From assembly GCA_009602725.1 (NCBI GenBank), contig WELB01000010.1, positions 86,381-150,380 of the forward strand: a stretch of 64,000 nucleotides of DNA, written 5' to 3'. Positions within the stretch are counted from its first letter, which is position 1. The number at the start of each line of letters is the position of its first letter. Source of the DNA: Spirogloea muscicola. Lineage: Eukaryota. Both the position numbers and the translations under genes were made by a program. Below the pieces are notes generated by a model, which was not told the DNA's origin, made no database searches, and saw only the letters and a program-made list of their open reading frames with translations. This document shows, piece by piece, positions 38,101 through 48,900 of the stretch.

Positions 38101-38760
38101 CCTTAGTTGCATATTATAGAATGCGGCTCTCGCTTAGTTTGCAGCGCTCGCAAGCATTGGCTCTTCATCAACGTGCAGGGCGTGCTCTAAGTCAGGCCTC
38201 TGGCAAGTTAGCTTGTCAGATTTGTTTGTGCTCACCCGTGGGTACTAATGTCATCTTAGGTACCTTAGATTAGGTCTCCGTGTTATGTAGCATTGTTTAG
38301 TCTGCACTCGACTCTGCCTGAACAATGTATTGGCTTGAATTGGCCTCCCTTTCAATTCATGCGCCCCGCGCGCCTTCTCTCTGTCTAGAGGTTACTGAGC
38401 GTTCCCTGGCTGATGTCTTAGTCCTAGTCGTTCGCACTCAGGCTCCCTCAGACTTTGTCCATTCTTTTGGGCTGGCCTTTCCCAGCCACCAGTCAATCTG
38501 GCCGCGCTTCCTTTTGTTTCTTTGTGTGCTTGTTTTTCTTAGCGCTTCCCCTGGCCCTCTTCTCGTCCTTTGTTGATTCTTTTTTGGGCTGGCTTTTCCA
38601 GCCCCTATTCTCAATGGGCGAGCACTTTCTTCTTAGGCACCTTGGTTTCGCTTTCCGTAGTATGTAGCCCCTATTTAGTTGGCCCTAGACTCTGCCTGAA
38701 CAATGTATCGGCTTGAATTGGCCTCCATTTCATTTCATGCGCCCCGCGCGCCTTCCTAGT
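35190..38760. mobile_element. Dense nest of CRE-like non-LTR retrotransposon 3' fragments in both orientations
   Basis: Contains QCECG...AEQRKLRHY...LLPAAIDIYGSLG, AGEKERKYSDHPVGDEFVPLAVDVHGAFG...RMRLAVSMQRSLAFAIHLRAGRAL, several RGY* stops and repeated 3' UTRs of types A, B and D. Confidence 0.8.
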
Positions 38761-39122
38761 CTCCTCCTCCATTTCGCTACTTGATTGGGGGGGGCCAAAA
38801 CCCTCCGCCAAACCCTCCGCCAAACCCCGCAACTCCCCTTCCGCCCTCCGTCCTCCAGTCTCTACGCCTGCCGCGCGAGGTGGCCTCGCAGCTGCGCGGA
38901 CGGCCAGCCACGCGGGTGCCAGCCCCTCCTGCGGCGGCGGCGGCCGGCGTGGCTGCTACGGGCTAGCTCTCGCCAATTCCGCCACTAGCGAACCCAGACG
39001 GCGGCGCTGCTTCCGTCTCAGACACAGGCTCCTCCAGTCCTGCTCTCAGGCCGGAGTCCTTCCGTGGAGCGCCGGCGCTGCCGTCGCCCACCTTGGATGG
39101 CGTAGGCGTCCAGAGGAAGGCC

Positions 39123-40524
39123 ATGGCAGCAGCTCCGCCACCCTGTGCAGGCTGCCGGACCGTCCACGCAGCTGGCCGTTGCAGCCCCACCGTAATCGCC
39201 ACGAGGCAGCCTCCCCACCTTCGGCGCTCGACGGTGGGCCTCTGCGGTGCTGCCATACCTGCGCTCGGCCAGAAAGTCACCAGATGGCACGGCGACGTCG
39301 CACAGAGGTCGAGGGCGCGCGGCCCGACTGAACCTGCTGCATCGGCAGCTCTTGAGGCGCTGCCTTTTCCGGACGGCCCCGTGGGCGTGGTCGTTGTGGA
39401 CCACGGCTCGCGGCGCGAAGAGTCCAACCGCCTCCTATGTGCGCAGCTGAGCCCCCTCCAGCGCGCTCCAGACTTGGTAGCGCTGCCGTCCCACCTTGAG
39501 CGTCACAGGACGCAGCATCGGATTCGTTGACAATTAGCGACTCGTGTCTTTGTGCTCTCGTGCCGAGGCCAGTGACTACGTCCAAGAAAACGCGCAACAT
39601 GAGGCCTCTGACCTGATGGCTCTGTGGCGGCGGCAATGACAGATGCTTTCGTGGAGCTCTACAAGGAGCAGAGCGGCCGTCACCTCGTTGAGCCTGCGCA
39701 TATGGTAATGCTGCAGCACCAACCGAGCCCGGCTTCTTTCATTGCAGTCTGGCTGCTAGTCCAGAGTAGCAGGTTGCTCCTAAATTTAGGGCTTGGGATG
39801 GCTGCTCAGCTTGGTCACTCAGCGTCGAAGGACGGCAGAGCTTCCTCAAACTGATGCAATTGATGTCCGTGCAGGCCAAATGTTCTCACGAAAGCGATGC
39901 TTGAACATCTGGCTGCAGGAGCTGGCGGAGCCATCCATTGCGCAGGCCTTTGACCGATGTGTAGAGCAGGGCGCACGCTGCGTGGTCGTGAGCCCCTACT
40001 TCCTCTCGCCAGGCCGACACTGGAGCCAGGTGTTGCAGACTACGAAGTGCATAGGCTGTCGCAACAATGACATTAAGCTTTGCTCGTTGCGTTACTCGTA
40101 AATGTAAACTCCTTTCTAATTAGTATCACTTATGCCCAGTGGCCCTTGACCTTATATCTAGTTTCTGCCCTTGACCTTACATCTAGTTTCTGCTTTATAT
40201 GCAGGACATTCCCGCACTGACTGCGGAGGCTGCAAGCAAGCACCCGGGCATTGGGTTCCTTGTGACAGCTCCCATTGGGGTGCACAAACTTGTGGCGGTA
40301 AGCTACAGCTGGCTCTCCCTAATTTTGTAAGCCTTCGCACGAGCAACTTTGTGCAGGTGGCAGTTGGCTGAAAAGAACTGCTGCAATTTGTATGCCATCC
40401 TATTTGCCAGCAAGTCGTGGAGGAGCGGATTGAGCACTGCATGAGTCAAGTGAGGGATACAACAAATAAGTGCGACATCTGCCGTGGCACCGACAAGTGC
40501 GCCTACCATATCGCAAAGCTTTGA
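39123..40524 (+). CDS. SIRB: Sirohydrochlorin ferrochelatase (CbiX/SirB), plastid-targeted
   Basis: Transit-like N-terminus, then GVVVVDHGSRREESN, VEPAHM-ELAEPSI, VSPYFLSPGRHWSQ-DIPAL, APIGVH and the C-terminal Cys cluster HC...CDICRGTDKC typical of plant SirB. Confidence 0.93.
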
Positions 40525-40857
40525 GTGCGCTTATGAGATGGAGCTGCTTAGACTGCAAGCATGATGGCACAGGGGCAAGAGCGAAGGGCTTGCTGCCCTG
40601 CTCGAGGATGCTGCCAAGTGCATAGTGGGCCAGCCTATCACCAGCTTGAGCTCCTATGTGCCAGCCTCTCACCAGCTTGAGCTACTTTGTGGTGGTGTAA
40701 AGTAACCTGCACTTGCATAAAAATCATTCCATTGCCATTGCCTCTACTCCAGCTATCCTTCACTCCTTCCACTTGCTCGTGCTGGCACCTGGCCTTCTGG
40801 CCTGTTCTATCTTGCAAGATCCCCTTGACATCAACTCATTAACACTGGGAGCCCCTA

Positions 40858-41420
40858 TTATTGCTTCTTGGTCATGGCGGCTACCACCTGCATGTGGAAG
40901 ACGGGTGAATATCAGCTGCGATACCCTACATCTGAGGGTGGCTCCCAAGCAAGCCGCCAGCTGGAGACGACTGCAAGGAGAAGGCAAAGGTCGCCCTCCC
41001 TCGCTGCTAGCCGCACCACGACAGCTGCGGCTTGCCGAGGCTGGCGCTAGCAGCCGCGTGGTCAAGCTCGGCGGCTGCTGGCGCCAGTGCCGCCCGTTGC
41101 TGCCGTGGCAGAACAAAAAGGCTGAGACTAGTTGACGAGGCCAAACCTCCGACGCCTTGGGCGGCGCAACAGACTTGGGCGGATACAGCGCGTCTCGCAC
41201 AGGGGGAACCACGATCACGGCCGCAATGCCTGCCACGGCAGCCGCGCCGCCGCAGCGGGCGAGACCCAGCTCAGGCTGCAGCCCTGGGCCGGCTGCGCGG
41301 CACTGGTGCGCACGCTGGGGCGTCGCCGAGGCACTCACCAAGGGCGGAGATGAAGCAACACCACATGACGACGGGCTCCTGGATCATGGCCATGCGTAGC
41401 TTGGCCGCCACGCCCGCCAT
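40858..41420 (-). CDS. NDUFA3: Complex I accessory subunit B9/NDUFA3-like; 3 small exons
   Basis: MAGVAAKLRMAMIQEPVVMWCCFISALG | IAAVIVVPPVRDALYPPKSVAPPKASE | VVAAMTKKQ*. The EPVV motif, single TM and VVPP match the NDUFA3 family pattern. Confidence 0.7.
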
Positions 41421-41490
41421 GGCCGCCCACCGCGCCCCTTGGGGCGGCGGCGGCGGCTGCGGCGAGGGGGGTTGTACGATGGGCTGGCAG

Positions 41491-42290
41491 GGGAGAGAAG
41501 GCGCGCGGGGCGCATGAAATGAAATGGAGGCCAATTCAAGCCGGTACATTGTTCAGGCAGAGTTTAGGGCAAACTAAACAGGGCTACATGATACGGATAG
41601 AAGAGAGAAGGCGCGCGGTGCGCATGAAATTGAAGCGAGGCCAACTCAAGCCAATGCATTGTTTAGGCAGAAAATGCAGAAAGTGCAAAGAATGCAGAGC
41701 AAAGAATGTGGCTACATGAAATGACGCCCTATACTAGGAGGGCCGGAGGTGCCACAGAGCGGGGGGAGCCGTGCCGACGGGGACCATGTCGACTCGACCT
41801 GTACCGCTTGTGGAGCTGCTAGAGGAAGAGAAGGCGAGCAGTGCGCAGAGGAGGGTGCAATGGCCATAAAAGCGGCTGCTGATATTAAAAAATCGGCCTG
41901 TAAACTGCCAGCCAGATGCATACAGGTGTTCATGACGGAGCCAAAGGCTAGGCAGACAGAAGGGAGGGCGGGGGGTGGAGAAAAAGAATGCGGCTGCTGA
42001 TATAAAAGAATCTGCTGTAAACTGCCAGCCAAATGTGACGGAGCCAAAGAAAGAAAATGCGGCTGCTGATATTTAAAGAATCGGATGTTAATTGCCAGCC
42101 AGATGCATACAGGTGTTCATGACGGAGCCAAAGGCTAGGCAGACAGGGCGCCCTCAATACCCCCGTTGTCAGCAGTAGGAAGTCAGATGAACCGAGGGGA
42201 GGAAGAAAGTGCTCGCCCATTGAGAATAGGGGCTGGAAAAGCCAGCCCAAAAAAGAATTAACAATGGACGAGAAGGGGGCCAGGGGAAGA
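41491..42290 (-). mobile_element. Stacked CRE-like retroelement 3' ends (types A, E x3, B)
   Basis: Type A tails lie at 41491 and ~41600. Three head-to-tail copies of GCGGCTGCTGATAT...GACGGAGCCAAAG span 41872-42146, next to a frameshifted LLT-RGY*. A type B tail lies at ~42200-42290. Confidence 0.75.
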
Positions 42291-42459
42291 GCCCTTCGGC
42301 TGAAAGTGAGAGTCATTTACGAGAATTGTCACCCATTCAAAGTAGCAATTAGCGAAGCTGTGTTACGACAGCGCTTTCCGGCCGGTTCGGATCTTGTCCA
42401 GGCTCATTGGGCTCGCTTTCCAGCCCTCGCCCCATGAAGATGAGCTTGCTTCTCTTCTA

Positions 42460-43000
42460 CTAGTGGGCCAGTGCGCGATGCTCCCAGCGCGCGGTGCCAG
42501 AGAGAACGCTAAAAACCCTAAACCCTAAAAACCGTAAACCCTAAACCCCAAACATCGCCCACTCCGCATCGCCGGCAGTCCGAACAGGCCGCAAGAGCAC
42601 CATCTTCTGTATCATTCGCCAGAGGTATGAACTCTCCAGGCTGGCATCCACCGTAGCAGTCCTCCCAGCGCCCCGTACGACCGGCCCAATCTGTCGGAAA
42701 TCCCCGAGAAGCACCATCCGCGCTCCACCAAACGGTCGCGTTCCATCTCTACGCACCACACGCAGCATCGCATCCACGGCCTCCACAACCGCACGGTTCT
42801 GCATGGCGGCCTCGTCCCAGAGGAATACCGCAGCCGCTTCGAGGAGGGCAACTCGCTCGGAACCGAGGCTCACCTTGGCCTCCACCTGCACATTGCCCTC
42901 CGTCACGTCCACCTTGAAGAGTGAGTGCGCCGTACGACCACCGAGGTGGAGGCTCGCCGCCAGAGCCGTCGTCCAGAGGGCGAGGCGACGGATGCAATCG
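42460..43000 (-). mobile_element. Helitron remnant: PIF1-like helicase fragment with putative hairpin-CTAG 3' terminus
   Basis: TTALAASLHLGGRTAHSLFK, FLWDEAAM and PFGGARMVLLGDFRQIGPVV are PIF1/RepHel motifs. The minus strand ends GCGCG-N10-CGCGC-N9-CTAG|T at 42460. Confidence 0.8.
42509..42549. repeat. Interstitial telomere-type repeats (CCCTAAA with variants)
   Basis: Sequence reads CTAAAAACCCTAAACCCTAAAAACCGTAAACCCTAAACCCC. Confidence 0.75.
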
Positions 43001-43875
43001 NNNNNNNNNNNNNNNNNNNNNNNNNNNNNNNNNNNNNNNNNNNNNNNNNNNNNNNNNNNNNNNNNNNNNNNNNNNNNNNNNNNNNNNNNNNNNNNNNNNN
43101 NNNNNNNNNNNNNNNNNNNNNNNNNNNNNNNNNNNNNNNNNNNNNNNNNNNNNNNNNNNNNNNNNNNNNNNNNNNNNNNNNNNNNNNNNNNNNNNNNNNN
43201 NNNNNNNNNNNNNNNNNNNNNNNNNNNNNNNNNNNNNNNNNNNNNNNNNNNNNNNNNNNNNNNNNNNNNNNNNNNNNNNNNNNNNNNNNNNNNNNNNNNN
43301 NNNNNNNNNNNNNNNNNNNNNNNNNNNNNNNNNNNNNNNNNNNNNNNNNNNNNNNNNNNNNNNNNNNNNNNNNNNNNNNNNNNNNNNNNNNNNNNNNNNN
43401 NNNNNNNNNNNNNNNNNNNNNNNNNNNNNNNNNNNNNNNNNNNNNNNNNNNNNNNNNNNNNNGCTGCCCGTGAAGACAGGAGGCGCTTGGTAGGGGAGGA
43501 CGAGCTCGGCTCCCGCCGGGGTAGAGGAGGCCGGGGCGCCCGAGGCCGCCGCCGCGGGGCTTGAAGCGTCGGGAGGAGCAGCTGTCGCTGGCGCAGGCAC
43601 GGGGAACTGCTGCCCAGCCGAGGGTGACCGGGGGAACTCGGCAGCGGCGAGGCAACCAGAGGGGCGGGGGCAGGGTCTGGCGCGGCCTTGAGCGTGGCGC
43701 CCGAAGAAGCCCCGGGGCCTGGCGCGGCCATGAGCTCGTCGGCGCCAGCTCGCCAGCCGGCGGCAGCGGGGGGCGAAAGGACCGCCGCCGCCGCCGCGGC
43801 GGCGGCGGCGGCGGCGCGGGGGGCAAGCGCGGGCGCGCCAACGGTCGGGTTGGGGGTGGGCCAAGAGAATGAACA

Positions 43876-44660
43876 GGAGAGAGAAGGCGCGCGGGGCGCA
43901 TGAATTGAAAGGGAGGCCAATTCAAGCCAATACATTGTTCAAAATGTATTGGCTTGAATTGGCCTCCCTTTCAGGAATGAACAGGGGGTAAAAGGTATCA
44001 CCCGCTGGGTGGTCCTTGTACTTGTGCAGCTTCTTCTGTTCGGCCACCTTCACGGCATAGCCGGTCTCAGAAGTAATGGGGCCCTTCGTCCGGAAGCTGT
44101 CGGTTAGGGCGACGTCCATGAGGAGCCGCTTGCCACCTGCCCGGGGGCCGCCAACCAGATCGACACGCCTCGTCCGAGGGACCCCGTTGCGGAGTTGGAC
44201 GCGCATCACCCCGGTGCTCCCCAACGCCACTTGATATCCCGCCTCCTTGACGATGCCATACATGGCGTCACGTAGGAGGTTGTGGGAGCCCGTGCGCTCA
44301 CTGCCTCTGGCACACCTGAGCATGTGGTCACCCATGAGCAATGCATCATGCTCAATAAGCCCACATTCACATTGGGTCACCCCTGCCAAGCACAGGGATG
44401 GTAAGCCAAGGCGGCGGCGCATAGCATCGCAGAACAATAGAAAGGAGGAAGGGGGGAAAGGAGGGCCGGAGGTGCCACAGAGCGGGGGGAGCCGTGCTGA
44501 CGGGGGCCATGTCGACTCGACCTGTACCGCTTGTGGAGCTGCTAGAGGAGGGTGAGGAAGCAGCATTGGCAGGAGGGAGGGCGGGAGGGGGAAAGGAGGG
44601 CCGAGAGAAGGCGCGCAGTGCGCCTGTGATGGGGTAGAAGCCAAAGCAAGCCAGTCCACT
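43876..44660 (-). mobile_element. CRE-like non-LTR retrotransposon fragment: zinc knuckle plus restriction-like endonuclease
   Basis: RRRLGLP..CECG...DHMLRCARGSERTGSHNLLRD...RRVDLV...LLMDVALTD...AEQKKLHKYKDHP.GDTFYPL gives a CCHC/HN motif followed by a PD-(D/E)xK-type RLE. It is flanked by type A tails. Confidence 0.82.
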
Positions 44661-44729
44661 TACTGTATGTGGGCTGGACTCGACGCGCGACTTGCGGCGG
44701 CGACTTATTTTGCAGCTAAATCTCAAGCC

Positions 44730-45900
44730 GAGTGAAGGCGCGCGGTTCGCATGACATTGAGAGGGAGGCCACTTCTAGCCTTACAGATGTCCTGGTAACG
44801 GGGTAATGAGTTGGCTAAAGGGGGCACTATTATCCTCGAGTAAGCACATACATATCTGACAAGCTAAGCTGAGGAGCCAGACCACCACGGAGGCCATTAA
44901 CCTGGCCTAATGCACGCCCAGCACGCTGGTGTATCGCGAGTGCCTGGGAGCGCTGCAGACTCAATGATAGCCGCATTTGATAGCCGAGAGGTCTTTCCTC
45001 GGTGGAAGCAGCCGTCCGCCGCATAGCCCGAGGGCGCTGACGCCATTGTGGGAGGTATCAGTGGTCGACGACCCATGTGGTAATTTGGTCCCGTTGGTCC
45101 TATGATGGAAGAAATTTTCGTGCAGTTGAAACAGACGAAAGCCAAAATGGCCAAGTACAGAGGCAAGCGCAGCTGATGACGTAGATCCCCCCCTGCAAAT
45201 CGACCCGCTCAATAACCACAGGTCAACACGTTAAGGTTGCTACTCGATGACTACCAGATGGCAGATTCGAAGCCCTTCTGCCACCAACTAGAGCTCGCCC
45301 AGCTTTCTGGTGCAAAGCATGAGCCTGAGCACGCTGCACACAGGCTGACACTCGTCGTCAAAGAACGCAGCTGGCAAGCCCATCTCAGCCAGAAGCACAT
45401 CTGCACGTTGTGCATAGCCTAGATTGGCAACATTCTGAAGGAGAGGGTGGAAACGAGGACCTAAACAGCCAAAGATATCGACTGCAGCTGGTAGGAGCTG
45501 ATCGCATGGGGGGTATTTGAAGTAATGTTGCAGCTTTCTGTGTTCTGCACTCCCCACTGCGTAGCCAGCGATGTGCGTCAATGCTGGACCTGTATAAGCC
45601 ATCCGTAATAATGTCAACCAAGGCCCATGGTCCTCCACCAGGTTGCACGCCCCACAATATCAAGGGTGCAACGATGATGACGTCCCTGGGCATCCGTGGT
45701 CATAGGCATGATACTGTTCACTTCGATGACCGCATGGTAACCAGTGTCATGCATCAAACCCGTCAAACCTGCCCGGTGGAAGGAGTAGGGAGTGGTGCTT
45801 TTGGCATCCCTTTGAAGTCGAACTGTGGCTCCAAATGCACGTTCTCACTGCTGGGCACCTTGGCGGCCTTTCAGTCTCTCGTCTTCCAACACGTATAGCC
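44730..45900 (-). mobile_element. Degenerate CRE-like RLE fragments (type D and others)
   Basis: RMRLSLSLQRSQALAIHQRAGRAL...VLTRG* and GYAVGSAEHRKLQHYFKYPPCDQLLPAAVDIFGCLG; this region is homologous to 35720-36200. Confidence 0.7.
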
Positions 45901-46715
45901 CCTTCTGACTACGGCAACTAGTCCATTAAAGCCGCTTGTTCCTAGTAACGTCTCAGGTTGAGAAGGAGACAAAGAAGGTCCAAGGTCAATCGACTGTGGG
46001 TCTAATGTTAGGAAATCACTCTGGAGCCAGAGGATGCATGGGGTGCCGGAGCGCCACCCACTGCTCTTGCTTTGCGCTCACAAACCTGGCTGCTTCTTTG
46101 CTGCTCCCTGGCCTTGAGCTGGATATCGGAACTTCAGATTAGCATTAAGTGTACAAACAACACCTGGCAGCAGTGCATGCTGCTGCAGCTTCGGCATACG
46201 GCTTGAGTAGTGGAGGTGCTGCAGGCGCCTGCACGGGTTCAATGACCAGAATTGCTACCTCCCGGCCCTGGCCCATCAGTGTGCCATTCACGCCACCGCT
46301 GCCACCCACCATGGCGTCCTGCTCCCGGCCTTCATTGACGACTCTTCACAGGCAGGCAAACCAGGCGAGTCCTTGCCAACTGTCAGAAACTGCAGCAGGA
46401 GTTGGCGCCCTCCAGCTTCTCCATCCCAGACGTATAGTGCTCAGTATGCTCATTGCAGGCCCTGTGCACCTCCCTTTCCTTGCCGCAGGCATGCCAGGCA
46501 TCCCTTCCCAATCCATGACTGTCTGCTCCATTGTATCCGAGAGCCTGCAGGTGCGTGGGTGTAGGTTGCACAACTTGCAAGCCTCCTGCCCCACTGAGCA
46601 GCATGCTCAACTGTGCCAAGTCAGGTTACTACGAGGACAACATGCTGCACCTAGGCGCCCCAGGCAACATCTCAACGCACCCCTGCCTGTACGTTGTGAC
46701 CTGGGCCAGCTCTGC

Positions 46716-48900
46716 TCACGCCACCTTCTCCTCTACAGCTATGGTGGTGGATACCACCATGCCATCGGGGTCATGAGTGCGCAGGATGCGCCGCCGCCGG
46801 CCCGTTGCATCCATCCAAGCGCTCTCAAAGTAGAATGCCTGGCCGCGCGCAACCAGTCGTGGGCATGAGACGGCCAGCCCGCCGGGCAGCAGGTACGTCT
46901 GGAGGCCGCCGCCAAAGACCAGGAGCATGCCTCCCTCCTGGACGCTGGCTCGGGAAGTCAGCGTGGTAGTGCAGGCGCTGCCTGCCAGCCCCAAGCGCAT
47001 TGTCTGCAAGGCCGTGCACATACTTTTTTTAATGTGAGCCAAATGCGCACGGCACACCCCGTCTCGTGCATCAGTTTATGCATCTCATCTACTCCATGGG
47101 ATGTAGACATGGAGAATGCCAGCTGGGATTGGAAATTTCTGCTTGCCCACAAATAAGGTGCCACTCACACATGCTGCTACACATGCCACTTGCTTTTAGA
47201 GAGCCGCGCAGGAGGTTGAGCATACCTGCACCAGCTCACCACCCTTGTCTCGTCTGTACTCAAAGGCTATGTCCTGCTTGGATGTAGTACTGTCGTACAG
47301 GGAGCTACGCTGCGTCATTGCTTGGCCCCGCCACTCACCCAGCAGAGCCTCCAGCCTGTCCTCGCCGCTCACCTCATCCTGAGACATTCCAGCGCCAGGT
47401 CTGCTTCAGCTGCACAGTGAAGTCGACCCTATACGCTGTTCATGCTTCAGCTCCTCCTGATAAGCTGACTAATCTCGTCATGAAAGAGAATAGGGCTTTC
47501 TAGCATTTAGCCCCTGTAGTGGCTGCTTCATGCATCTACGACAACCACTGGGAGAGCATACTGCTCTGGGCATGCCAGCCGCTCTTGCCATGTCAGTTTG
47601 GCACGGTGGTGGAGCCGGCTGGCGCCGCTTGCAGCAAAGGTGGGCCACTCACCTGCCCAATGTCGTCCAGTGCGCCCACATTGCCACCTCCTCGGCGTTC
47701 GCGGAAAATGCCAATGGTGTCAAGAAAGCCGCGAGGGTCCAACACGTGATACGTCCGGATCCGAGCATCACCGGCTGCCGAGTACAGGCAGCTCTCGCTC
47801 ACCAGCGCGGGGCGCCTGGACGGCAGCCTCAGGCTCCTGAGCGCCGCACTCACCGCCAGCCAACGCTCGTCAAGATCCCCGAATTGACGTGAAAGCCAGC
47901 AGAAGCGATTGTCATTGACACTGTGCGGCTATCAAATGGACACCAGGCAAGTGGTTTGAAGTGAAAAAGCCTATGAATGAAAGGATCAAGGTTAGGGTTT
48001 GCGTCAAAGTGACAGGTCTTGAAGGTTCAGGATTCAAGGCACAAGAGGAGCTGGACTCACGATGGTATCTTGTCCTCGCGGGCCTCAACTGCACCGAGGA
48101 CTCCGACCTGGATGGCCTGGTCCAGGAGCTCGGCAGTGAGGTGTGAAGCAGCAAACGCTTGCTGCTCTGGGAAGACAGCCACCTGCAGGACGAGCGAACC
48201 ACATCTGAGCGGCTGTACAGGCCTGCCGTCATCAACAGGCTGGCAGGAGCCGGCAAGGTGCCTTGCCGCCGGCGCAACTGTGACTCCGGCAACTGCCGGC
48301 TCTGCCAGCTCGCCTGCTTCCGGTCCATCGACTGAAGCGTCAGCTCCTCGGTCTCAAGGCTGGCCCAGCCGGCCCCGGAGCCCACGTCGCCGTTGGGCGC
48401 CCTCCTGACCTGCAGGCTGGCGGCGAGGCTGTAGCTTCAGTGGCAGCGCGAGCGGCGGGCCAGCTTCGCCGCAGCGAGGCTGTGCAGCTCCGCAGGCCGG
48501 CAAGTGGCGGGAGGTAGGTCCTCGGAGCGCACGTCTGGGCGAGGCTGGCGGCGGCACCCTCGCCAGCCCGCGCGACGTCCACTCTCGTGGCAATGGCGGC
48601 CTGCAGGGCCTTCCCAGTGGAATCGTAGTGCTGCGGAAAGCGCGGGAAGGCGGCAGTTTGGATCAGGGCCCGGCGCCGCCGCCGCCGCCGCCGCCGCCAA
48701 GAGCTACATGGTTGTGGGTTTCCCGTTCCGTATCTCCGGCAACCAGAAGATGATTGTGCCAGCGCCACAGCGTTTCTTGAGCAGCTCGCGGGGGGTTCCC
48801 GACCGTCAGCGTGCCGCGCCAGGAGCCGGCGCACAGGCCGCCCAGCGCCTCCAGCGCCGCGGTCTGCGCAGCCGCCGGGCCGCCCTCCTCCGTGCCCAGC
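46716..48900 (-). CDS. DUF3598-domain (calycin-like beta-barrel, cyanobacterial/plastid type) protein; N-terminus unresolved
   Basis: N-exons read GSWRGTLT-HYDSTG. The C-terminal exon QTYLLPGGLAVSCPRLVARGQAFYFESAWMDATGRRRRILRTHDPDGMVVSTTIAVEEKV* matches the DUF3598 C-terminal pattern. Intermediate exons have splice sites. Confidence 0.7.

Noticed and set aside
33118..40524. Iron-metabolism gene cluster (mitoferrin plus SirB)
   Set aside because: The two proteins act in different organelles, are separated by a TE nest, and show no evidence of linkage beyond adjacency.
41872..42146. CRISPR-like repeat-spacer array
   Set aside because: The units are long, unequal and degenerate, connect to a retroelement stop codon, and lie in eukaryotic DNA with no cas genes.
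42541..43935. 464-aa ORF as one gene
   Set aside because: It is an artefact spanning an N-gap and starting within a retroelement UTR; only the PIF1 part is supported.
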